Of a stretch of 64,000 nt of DNA, positions 50,658 through 61,950 are shown one piece after another; within the stretch, counting starts at the first letter, position 1, and every line of letters begins with the position of its first letter. Where the stretch lies: NCBI GenBank assembly GCA_951406725.2, contig OX597831.1:44702001-44766000 (forward strand), in the 5' to 3' direction. A model generated the notes under the pieces. That model saw nothing but the letters and a program-made list of their open reading frames with translations, was not told the origin of the DNA and ran no database searches. This DNA is from Octopus vulgaris (lineage: Eukaryota). A program made the translations under genes and the position numbers.

Positions 50658-51625
50658 GGCGGAGGTAAAGACAATGGACCACACTCCCTTTGGGAATTTT
50701 TTTTTTTTTTTTTTTCCACAGAAACCCACTATATCGAGTACGGAGATTCCGAATCTGCAAAAAAAAAATCTGCATTTAAAAATTTCAATTTCCCACTACC
50801 CAAATTTCTTAAATTTTCACTTAAAATTTTTTTTTTTTTTTTTTGGCAAAATATGCAGAAAAATACGGAGATTATGATTCTGAAAAAAAAAAGATTCAGT
50901 AAAATTTCAATTCCCCCCCCCCCAATTTTTTAAAATAAATAAATAAACACCCCTCCCCTCCGTCCTATGACTAGAACTGAAATTAAAGTGTTTTTTTCTA
51001 CTAATGTTTCACGCATGCATAGAATTATAAAATAGCAGACGCAAAAAGTATCTAAACAGAAAACCTGACATGCTAGTAAACACATTTTCAAAATTTTAAT
51101 ACGAATTACCAAAGAAAAGATTTCAAAATTTAAATCTGCCCCAACCGGAAATCTGACAAGCTAGAAACAACAGCCAAACCGAGGATCAAATTTCTAAATA
51201 CGAATTACCAAAACAGAAAAAAAAAAATTAATTTCATTTTGTTGTGTGTGTGTGCAAAAAATTTAATTTTTACATATCTCTCTTAATTTCAAAAGACCCT
51301 GACCACAACATGTTGGGTTATGTTCGTCATGAAACATTAGTAAAGAAAACACTATAATTTCACTTCTTGTCATAGGGCGGGGGAGGGAGGGGGTGTTTAT
51401 TTATTTTTTGAAAAATTGAAATTTTACAAAATTTTCTTTTCAAAATCCGTATTTTTCTAAAAAAAGTGAAAATTTAAGATATTTAGGAGGGGAGAAGGAA
51501 TTAAATTTTGAAATGCAGACTTTTTTGCAGATTCAGAATCTCAGCACTCGATATAGTGGGTTCCTGTAAAAAAGAAAATAAAAACAATCCCAAAGCGGGT
51601 GTGGTCCATTGTCTTTACCTCCGCC
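50658..51625. mobile_element. 968-bp non-autonomous DNA transposon with long TIRs, Merlin-like
   Basis: Termini GGCGGAGGTAAAGACAATGGACCACAC / GTGTGGTCCATTGTCTTTACCTCCGCC; imperfect inverted similarity continues for ~300 bp; perfect 8-bp TSD CAGCCAAG at 50650-50657 and 51626-51633. Confidence 0.85.
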
Positions 51626-52483
51626 CAGCCAAGACCGTAAACATGGTCATTAATGACAGACGGAGGTCTCAGATACGAGACGTGCAAGCCATGGCAGTTG
51701 TCTCCCTTGTGTATGACATTGTTCTCAGTTCTTGCGTGTCCGATACAAAGTCCTAACGTAAATTCATCAAATTTGAAGTCATTCTTCACGAACTAATTTA
51801 AATCTTCTGCTCTTATCCTAATGGCAGATTCTCTTTACTCTGCATCGTTTATTTCACTTATGATATTTGGTTTCCTCACCTCATTAACAAATGAAATAGT
51901 GTTTGTCTTGTACTCACTGAAAAATTATTTCTCTGGTATCAATCACAGAAGTGAAAGCGCGTGGTTTAGTGGTTATGGTGTTGCATTCGCGATCACAAGA
52001 TTGTAGTTTCGATTCCTGGACCAAGTGATGCACTGTGTTCCTGAACAAAGCGCTACATCCTTCGAGACTTTCTTGCTTCCTGAATTTTGCTGATAGTAGT
52101 ACACCCGATGCTCTCTCGCATGTATTTTAAAGACATTCACTTCCTGTGCATATCCTATGTACTGTGCACGTAGTTTTGGTTACATTTTTTCTTGTGAGTG
52201 GTAGTGCACCTGGGTACTGTATACAATAAATTCATTATTATTATGGCAGAACCGTTAACACTCTAGACGAAATGCTCAGCAGTATTTCACTAGTTGCTAC
52301 GTTCTGAGTTCAAATTCTGCTGAGGTCGACTTCGCCTTTCATCCTTTCGGGGCCAATGAACTAAGTACCAGTTACGCACTGATATCGATTATAATCGACT
52401 AGTCCCCTCCCCACAAATTTCAGGCCTTGAGCCTTTAGTAGAAAATATTATTATTATTATTATAGATGTCGCACAGTATACAA

Positions 52484-52746
52484 CAGTGGTTCCCAGACAT
52501 TTTCAGATTGCCGCCCCCTTGACACCCAGGCCACATTCCTAGCTCCCCGACTCCAACTAACCATCACAAGCCTAGACCTCTTTCTGAAGCAAATTCAAAG
52601 CAACTGTATTTCACATATAAAACTTAACCTAAGTTTTATTTCGTTGTTTTTACATGAATCGCCATTCCATTATCCCCTCAATTATCGCCCCACTTTTCTT
52701 CAACGCCCCCTTAAAACTTTCCACCGTCCCACTTTGGGAACCACTG
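52484..52746. mobile_element. hAT MITE
   Basis: TIRs CAGTGGTTCCCA / TGGGAACCACTG; perfect 8-bp TSD GTATACAA at 52476-52483 and 52747-52754. Confidence 0.9.
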
Positions 52747-53210
52747 GTATACAATATTGTGAGGTTGTTGATTGAAGATATCGTGTCTACCAGGGCCTTG
52801 TACTGTTTGTCAAGTCACAACAAGAACCTCAGACAGACAGTATTTTACACAATATGCAAGTAATGCTGACTTTTGCAATACACCTAGATTGTAGGGTATC
52901 TCTAAGGTTTTCAGTTTTTTCAGATTAGGTGGTATTGAACACAATGCTTTTGCTTGTCACTATGATCTGAGTTCAAATTCCGCTGAGGTCGACTTTACCT
53001 TTCATCCTTTCGAGGTTGATAAAATAAGTACCAGTTGAACACTGGGGTTAATGTAATCAACTCATCCCCTCCCCTCAAGAAAAATTGCTCCCATGTGACT
53101 AAATTTGAAACCATTATTATTATTATTATAAAGAATAAAATATTTTGAATGACACAACAGTGCACTATAATACAAACAGTGGGCTATAAGAACTGTTGAA
53201 ATTTAATCAT

Positions 53211-53278
53211 TCATATTATCGACATTGCTTCAGCTGTAAGTATACTTATTTACAGCTGAAGCAATGTCGATAATACGA
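53211..53278. repeat. Hairpin with 26-bp perfect stem and 10-nt loop
   Basis: TATTATCGACATTGCTTCAGCTGTAA (53214-53239) and its exact reverse complement at 53250-53275. Confidence 0.9.
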
Positions 53279-54461
53279 CAGACTGGCAGAATGTTGTGAT
53301 CTCGGTCACTTAAAGATCATAGAAATTGGGCAATCAGCCCTAGGAGTTCTAGGACTTGAGACAGCATTGTTAAGGGGATTTTTTTCCTGCTATTACAGAA
53401 AACCATGGAGATAGCTGAAATAGTGCAATGCTAGTATTTAGTTTCATTACATAGTCATGATTTCAATTCTTGTTGGGGTCAAGTGAAGAGCTGTGCCATT
53501 GCTCCTTTCAATAGAGTCTTTGAGACTCATGGGAGGTTGAAAGGAAGGTTTACTTAAACCAGACAATTGGCTTGAAGGCTTGCAACTGAGTGAACTCCAC
53601 TGAACGCACCAAAGTGTCAGGTGAAACAATTTAAATTGGATGATGGATTAAGTCTATTTGCCAAATGGCTACTGCAGGAATTGAACTCAGAACACAAAGA
53701 GCTATAACAAATATTGCAAAAACTGGAGGCAGAAAAGGCATCCAGCCATAGAAACCATGCTAAATCAGGTTGGAACTTGGTGCAGCTCTTCAGCTTGTAA
53801 CTATCGGTTAAGCCATTTAACCCATGCCAGCGTGGAAAGCGGATGCTAAATGATGATGAGGATGATTTCCGACACTCAACATTTCTGCCAGTAAATTGTC
53901 CTAAACAGGTACGTCTATTGTCTGTTACAGTTGTTTGATTCCAAAAATCACCATGTTAAATGAATCAGAGACAGGTGAATAACAGAACATATAGGTAAAA
54001 ATATGTTTTGTTCAGAGGTAAAAATAGGTTTTGTTTGTTGTTGTTTTTTACCAGCATGCCCTCCTTATTTTTATTTAATAAAACAGAACATGTCATCTTC
54101 ATCAAAATCCAATTCTCCATGGTGGAATTGTAAGGATGAATCTACAAAAAAAATCATCATAATACCAGCTGTGTGTGGTGATATGGGTTGAAGGGTATGT
54201 CACAGTCCAAGATGGTTGTTATTTGGTGTCATTCCTAGACATGTCATAGTAATAGGTACAGATATGGTTAAGAACTTTGCTTCCCAACCCATTGGTATCA
54301 AGTTCAATCTTATTGCATAGCACTTTAAGCAAGTGTCTTTTATTCTAATCCTGGGCCCAATCAAAGCATTGTGAGTGGATTTGGTAGAAAGAAACTGAAA
54401 GGAGCCCATTGCATAATATTTACGCACACACACACATACATATATTTAAGTCACAATATGT

Positions 54462-55703
54462 TTGGACAAAATAATGGAAACACCTTAAAATTTCAAACAA
54501 ATTTATTTTAATATGGGGTAGGACCGCCTTTGGCAGTAATTACAGCTTGAATTCTACGAGGTGTGGACTCATACAAAGTTTCAGTTGTTTCTATAGGAAT
54601 TTTTGTCCATTCTTCAGCTAAAACAGTCTCCAGTTCTTGTAGTAATGATGGTGGAAGATATTGATTCCTTACTTGTTTTTCTAAAATGCACCATAAATGT
54701 TCAATAATATAGATATCTTGCAACTGTGGTGGCCAGATAAGATGTTCAACTTCACTAGAACATTCCTCGTGCCATTCAGTAACAATTTTAGCTGTGTGAA
54801 TTGGTGCCTTATCATCCTGACAGATTGTGTTTCCCTCTGGAAACAGTTCCGCAACCATAGGATGAATTTGATCAGATAAAATGTTTAAATAGTCTTGACT
54901 ATTAATTCTACCATGAAGGGAAAATATTGGGCCGGCGGATTTCCAAGATATAGCCCCCCCCCCCCAGATCCTCCTCCATGCTTAATAGTTGGAAGAAGGC
55001 AGTCTGGGTCAAATGCTTCTTTTGGCTGTTTCCACATGTATATTCGGCTGGTGGTTGGAAATACAGTAAAGGATAACTATTCCGAGAAAATAACTTTCTT
55101 CCACTGCTCTAGGGACCAATTCTGTAGGTTTTTACTCCACTCTAAACACTTTGCAATGTTTGTTTATGAAAGTAGTTGGTTTCTGATTGCAGCCTTCTTG
55201 TGAAATCCGGCTTTGTGCAGCTCCTGGTGAACAGTTTTTGTGGAAACTGGGTTCTCGAGGTGGTCATTGAGCTCTGCAGTAATTTTGTGATCCTTTCTAA
55301 CAATTTGCGTAAGAGACCGACAATCCCTATCTGAAAGTTTTGGTTTTCTTCTGGAATTTTGTTTCAACGAGGAGGTTTTTCCCTCCTTCTCAAAGTGTGT
55401 CATTACTTTTGAGACAGTACTTCTTTGATACACCAAATATTTCGGCTGTTTTCATTATGCTAGTGCCTGCTATACGAGCACCAACAATTTGACCTCTTTG
55501 AAAGTTCGATAAATCTGTCATTTTAATGAATTTTAAATACCTTTTTCTGATGATATATGAAAGGAAACAACAAAATTTAGAAAAACTTATTAAGCAACAC
55601 TAATAATAAATCAAAAAGCATAAAAATAAACAAGCTTTTGACGGTTTTATAGATATTTCAAAATTATGATGCTAGGTGTTTCCATTATTTTGTCCAACCC
55701 CTG
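54462..55703 (-). mobile_element. Near-full-length defective Tc1-like DNA transposon, DD37E (TRT-like)
   Basis: TIR TTGGACAAAATAATGGAAACACCT at 54462-54485 and inverted within 55674-55703, followed by TA. Broken transposase from ATG 55521 (MTDLSNFQRGQIVGAR...), WKKVIFS, QDDKAPIH...WPPQLQDIYIIEHLW with 37 residues between D and E. Confidence 0.88.
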
Positions 55704-56409
55704 TATGTATATATGTGTACCCTTATGTTCATACAATAGTTGTAAATTTTTATAAAACCTTTTAACCAGGTCCCTGGTTTGAAGATAACTTCCTCCTGCC
55801 CCTCTCACTAGCCTTAAGTGTCCCCCAAAAGATCATGGGAACTTTTCTCCCCTTCAAACTATATATATATATATATATATATCAAAGGCTAAGGGAGTTT
55901 ATAAGTATGTGCTAAAATGTCTTGAATAGTGAAGAATCTAACATATTTCAGGTTCTTAAGGCATGTGGAATAAAAGGCTTCAGGAACCTTGTTTGTTATC
56001 CATGATTACTGATCTTATCCAATTTCTTATAATGAATTCAACAAGAGTAAAGTATCTATTTCTGGATTTTGATGAAGGTGACATGTTCTGTTTTATTACA
56101 TAGAAATGTGGAGGGCACTGTGATGAAAAAAAAACCCCAAAAAAACATAGCTCTTGAAAAGCTGAATATGACATTTATAACCAGTTGTAACCATTTTCTT
56201 TATCTCATTACCTTTGGGAAAGTCTTGGATATCACAGCTCCTCTTAGGCACAGCTGTGGCAAAGGTGCAGGTGAGACTGTGTGGTTAAGAACCTTGCTTC
56301 CCAGCAATTGGGTGTTGGGTTCAGTCCCATTGCACAGCACCTCAAGATCTAGTCAACCATTACAGGGTGCACTTACCTTAACATGCTATCCATTTGGAAG
56401 AAGAGGTAC

Positions 56410-56852
56410 TTGATATCATAATGCAATAAGACAGGGCCTCACTACATTGGTATAGACAAGTACATGATTACTTCAATCAACATCTTTCTGCACTGGATGG
56501 GCCATACTGAAGTGTACAATTTGCCATTGGTGCTTTTCTTTCTCTACCTGGTTCCTCAACCTAATACCCTGTGGCTTTTCCTTTTGGGGTATCTGAAAGA
56601 CAAGGTGTTCATACCCCAATTTCCACAAGATTTACAGGAGTTAAAGCAGTGGGTAGGCGATGTTGTTGACTCAATTGATCTGGCTATGCTGGCACAGGTA
56701 TGGAAAAGGGCCCCCACATGGGACATCTGTGACTATCAGTAGAAACTTGAAGAGTTAAGCTCTTGTCTTACTTCTGTATTTTTGTAATATATTCGTTACA
56801 ACACCCACAGGTATGTTTTCTTTTTGTACCATTCATTTTGAATTACTCTGTA
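56410..56852 (+). mobile_element. 3' remnant of a Tc1/mariner transposase, DD41D/rosa-like
   Basis: Degenerate QDxAxxHW...FLLGYLKDKVF...DLQELK translation; ends in TIR-like TTTTGAATTACTCTG-TA. Confidence 0.6.
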
Positions 56853-57619
56853 TGATAATAATCCTTTCTACTATAGGCATAAGGCCTGGAATCTGAGGGG
56901 CAGGCGATAGTCAATTACATTGACCCAGTACATGACTGGTACTTAATTTATCAATTCTGAAAGAATAAAAGGCGAAGTCGACCTCGGCAGAATTTGAACT
57001 CAGCACATAGCGGTGGGCTAAATACATTGCAACCAGCGTGCTAGCAATTCTACCAGATTGCCACCTGACCTGAAATTTGTGTGGTAGTGGTGTGGATAAT
57101 TCGATCACATCAACCCCAGTACATAGCTAGTACTTAATTTATCAACCCCAAAAAGATGAAAGCAAAGTCAAAATACCATTAAACATTTTGTTCAGCATGC
57201 AAACGATTCTGCCAGCTCACTGCCTTGATAATAATTCTTTCTGCTAAAAGCACAAGGCCTGGAATTTTGGGAGAGGGGACTAGTCGATTACATCGACCCC
57301 AGTACACAGCTGGTGCTTAATTTATTGACTCCAAAAGGATGAATAGCAAAGTCGACCATGGCAAAATCTGAACTCAGAATGTAAAGAGGGATGAAATGCC
57401 ACTAAGCATTTCACCTAGTATGCTACTTAATAATAATATATACATATATATCATCACCATCATTAAACAGCCATTTTCCATGCTGTCATGGGTTGGACAG
57501 CTTGACAAGAGCCGGCAGGTTACTCCAGACTCCATTCTGATTTGGCATGGTTTCTATGGCCGGGTGCTCTTACATGGCACTGGCGTGAGTGCTTTTTATG
57601 TGGCACCAGCACATGACTC

Positions 57620-58080
57620 TTATAGGCCAATCCTCTTCACCAGCAGCCTTAAGGCTTCTACAATGGAGTACAGGTCTTCTTGAGTACACCAAAGTGCCAG
57701 GTATCTTGGTCCTTTGTCATCTCATCTAAAAAGTTCAGCATCCTGAGATTGTCCTTCAGTATTTTGTCCCATGTCTTCCTGGGTCTCCCTCTTCTACATG
57801 TTGCAGCTACTTTGAGAGATCGACACTTCTTTATGGAGCTGATGGAATTTATCCACATCACATGACCAAACCAATGCAGTCTTCTCTCTTGCACACAGCA
57901 TCTAATTCCTCTCTCAATACACAAGCACTCTGCCAAACATGTACACTTACATTACACATCCAGCGGATTTTACTAACCTCATTTCTCTCTAACCTTCGCA
58001 TGTTCTCTGCATTCAGGGTCCACTATCATGTAGAATTGCTGTCTGTATACATGCATTGTACAATCTTCCTTTCTTAGCCA
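57620..58080 (-). mobile_element. RTE-clade LINE 3' remnant
   Basis: ERRLHWFGHVM...RRGRPRKTW...MTKDQDTW is the characteristic RTE C-terminus. Confidence 0.8.
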
Positions 58081-58109
58081 AAAAAGGTAAAAGCTCTCTG
58101 ATTTCCTCT

Positions 58110-58562
58110 ATCATCATTTAATGTCCACTTTCCATGCTAGCATGGGTTGGACGATTTGACTGAGGACTGGTGAACCAGATGGCTGCACCAGGCTCCAATC
58201 TGATCTGGCAGAGTTTCTACAGCTGGATGCCCTTCCTAATGCCAAACACTCCGAGAGTGTAGTGGGTGCTTTAACGTGCCACCAGCACGAGAGCCAGTCA
58301 GGCGGTAGTGGCAATGGCTATGCTCAAATGGTGTTTTTTACGTGCCACCTGCACAGGAGTCAGTCCAGCGGCATTGTCAACGACCTCGCTTGAATGTTTT
58401 TTCACGTGCCAGTAAGGTGACACTGGTAACGATCATGCTCGAATGACGCTTTTTACGTGCCACCGGCACGGAAGCCAGTTAGCTGCTCTGGTAACGATCA
58501 CGCTCGGATGGTGCTCTTAGCGCTCCACTAGCACAGACGCCAGTCATTGAATTTGATTTCCA
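58110..58562 (-). mobile_element. SINE family C body; partial copies at 14700-14997, 20660-20916, 24620-24830, 40801-41125, 47189-47372, 47907-48053, 53730-53866
   Basis: Recurrent GGCACGTAAAAAGCACC, GTTAGGAAGGGCATCCAGCTGTAGAAAC, CCCATGCTAGCATGG and (GAT)n tail. Confidence 0.85.
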
Positions 58563-59197
58563 TATATATGTATGTATGTATTGGTGGAAGATGCAAACGT
58601 CAACTAGAAAAACCAATAAACTGATGCTTTCAAATAATGAAGTTCCTTGTGATATGTACTACCCAGGTTGTGCAATCAAACCCATGTCACCTTTGCAATT
58701 GAAAATGTTACAAACCAGAGGTTGGCCTGTTGGAAACTTGTAACCAATGATGCTATTGTTGTTGACAAAATGTGATATCAAATAAATTCCAGTTGAATAA
58801 AATGTTTGCATATCCTACTCATTCATCTTCATCATTACTCTACATATTTGCTTTCACTTTTGCTGTGAAATGGTTAAACCAGATGTGGATCTAAAAATTT
58901 AGACTTGAGAAGTTGTCATTGAGCAGGAAAAAAACTCAAAGGCTTGATGAGCCGATGAGAGAAACTTAATGCAGTTACTAGGTCTGCTAAAACAACTAAA
59001 TTTCTCTTAAATCATACCTTACAGTAAAAAAAGTACAAAAGAAAAAGAAAAAAAAACGGACAATGCTGTCCGAGGTACACTAAGCCTGTAAATTGAATGA
59101 CATAGTCATGGCTGAAATGCCTTTAACTCTTTCACATTTAAACTGGTCATATTTGGCCCAAAATATCTACCTGTTTTGTGTTAAATCCGCCAATTCT

Positions 59198-59419
59198 TAT
59201 TTCTTTACTGCCCACAAGGGGCTACCACACAGAGGGGACAAACAAACGGATTAAGTCGATTATATCGACCCTAATGTGTAACTGGTACTTTTTTAATCGA
59301 TCCTGAAAGGATGAAAGGCAAAGTTGACCTTGGCGGAATTTGAACTCAGAACATAGCGGCAGACGAAATACCGCTAAGCATTTCGCCCGGCGTGCTAATG
59401 TTTCCGCCAGCTTGCCGCC
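59198..59419 (-). mobile_element. tRNA-derived SINE family B (Meta/MESC-like central domain), full length, inside a TTAA MITE; others at 3637-3828, 32453-32686, 35337-35556, 39280-39860, 44758-44975, 52243-52460, 56857-57430
   Basis: 17-bp TSD TTAAATC(C/A)GCCAATTCT at 59181-59197 and 59420-59436; GAGTTCAAATTCC B box; GCCTTTCATCCTTTC..GTACCAG domain. Confidence 0.9.
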
Positions 59420-59974
59420 TTAAATCAGCCAATTCTGGCCTTTAAACCTATCCTACAATATCATTCTAAAAATAAATCACATCATTGAAATTTCAAAGCC
59501 ATGAGATAATGCGTGATTAATTCAAAACAAACTGAATAAATAAGCATTACATCTGACAGTAAACTGAATGCGAAAGGGGTTAACACTTAAGCATTTAAAC
59601 TAGTCATCCTCTGTTTCATGTTCAAACTGACCAGATCTGGTCTCTCACACTTACCCTACAATGTCATTCTAAAAATAAACAATCACAACATTGAAATCCC
59701 AAAGCTACAAAATAATGCAGGATTACTTCAAAACAATGTGAATAAATAAGCATTGCATTTGACAAAATAATCTGAATGCTGAAGGGGTTAACCAATAGAT
59801 CTGCTCCAACACAGTTGATTTGGCATTAAATAACAACAAATGGATAAAAAAAATTTCTAACATATTCCAAGCAATTTGTTAATAGATATATAAATATTTC
59901 AACAATACTGGCAAAATATCACAACCTGAAAATATACAGAAGTAATTTTGCTTCTCAAACAATAATCTCAGGTC

Positions 59975-61274
59975 GAAAAATATTTCGTTTAAAACATTTA
60001 TTTTTTCATTATTTCATTTCATTTTATCCCTTTTTTGCTTTTTTTTTTTTTTCAATTTCTTTTTTGCTTTTTTTTGGTCACTCATTGTTTTGAAAGTGTA
60101 ATTTCTCCTTTATTTTAGGCAGCTGGAAGTTGCAGATGAGTCATTAGGTTGAAATCTTTTTATTTGTTCCATTTAGGAAATATATATATATATATGTATT
60201 ATACAAAAAGAATCATAAGATCATAGTTAGGGTAGCAAGGTATTTAGTATTTACACAATGGTCATTTGGTGTCTGTTACAGTCAACATTTCATTGGTTTT
60301 AGCAATAAATTGCAAATTAGAGTTCATATTTGTCATATATACATATATACACATATATGTATATGTGTGTATATAGATATGCATGTGTGTGTGTATATAT
60401 ATGTGATATATATATATATATGTGGGTGTGTGTGAATATATGTGTGTGTGTGCGTATGTGAATATATATATAATGTGTGTGTTTGTATGTATATGTATGA
60501 ATATAGGAAAGCAGTATAAATATAAATGATATATTTGACATCAGTGATAAAGTTTCTTTGGGAAGGAGGGTGGGAGATTAAAACACATGGTTGTATTTAC
60601 GGAGGGTAAAATTGAAGAGAAAGATTATAACAATTGGAGATGTCTACAAGAGCCCAAGAAAAAAAAAAACAACAAAAAACTAAAAAAAAAAAAGCCCAAC
60701 AAAACCTTCAAATATCTTTAAAAAAAAAAAAATCGTTCACTATGAAAAGTATTTTGTAATTCTAAAGTGGTTTAAGACAGAAAACTAAGGCAGAATAATT
60801 ACCATAAAATAATGATGCAAAAAATAAAAAAATTTTAAACGCGTAATTTTGTCATAATATTATATTGGAGTGGAGGGAGGGAAGGAGAAGAGGTTTCAGG
60901 GTTGGAGAAGGAGATACAATTTCTGAGCAAAAAAAATCCTCTGGTGCATGATCCTGTCAGTTGCAAGAAATTTTCCTCTAATCAAAACAGTCAAGAAAAA
61001 TTGAAAAAATAATTTTTTTTTTTTGTTTCCATGTAAAATTTTCCTATGAGAGATTATTAGGTAACTTTTAAACAGTAATCCCTGAAAATTTACTGCAATA
61101 AAAACTAGGCTGAGAAAGACATCAGAGCTCTAACAGCAGTAAACGAGGTGAAAGAGCTTGGGAAATGTTATTTTGCTGAAGACTGAAATGTTATCAAATA
61201 TCTAATGGAATAGAAAATATTCAGAAATAACATTATTAGCAAATATTTCATGATGATTTCACGAGGACAATGAA

Positions 61275-61354
<80 letters not shown>

Positions 61355-61950
61355 AAGAATGGTTAATTTTGATTAAAAAATACCTACACCTATACCTTGT
61401 TACATATATGGCAGAAAAAATAATACAGGGTTGATATATATATATATATATATATATATGAACACACATACACACATAAACACAGACACATATATATATA
61501 AATACACACACACACATATATACATACATAAACAGACACACACATATTCAAATATATATACACACACTCACACATTCATATATATATATACACATACATA
61601 CACACATATTCAAATATATATACACACACTCACACATTCATATATATATATATATATACATACTTATACATGATATAATGGTTTGACCCAGCTCCACATG
61701 AATTAAGGTTCCATGGGCATGTAGGACATGTCCATCACATCAGATGCCATGTGCATATATATATATATAAAGATACATATATTTCTCTCTTTCTCTCATA
61801 CACACACACACACACACACACATGGGTTAAATAACTAGGCAGAACAAACAATCATTCTAGACATTTCCTTTTAATTGTTTTGGAATAAAGTGGGGTTTTA
61901 GGACCAATATTTAAGACTTCGTGTATGTTTAAAGGTTGATATTTAAGACT
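59975..61950 (-). other. Probable 3' UTR of the minus-strand gene
   Basis: SINE-free, U-rich on the minus strand; AATAAA on the minus strand at 59997-60002; repeats resume below ~59840. Confidence 0.5.
61278..61353. repeat. (TA)n microsatellite; others at 21357-21391, 32236-32284, 38838-38868
   Basis: Long TA run read directly. Confidence 0.95.
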
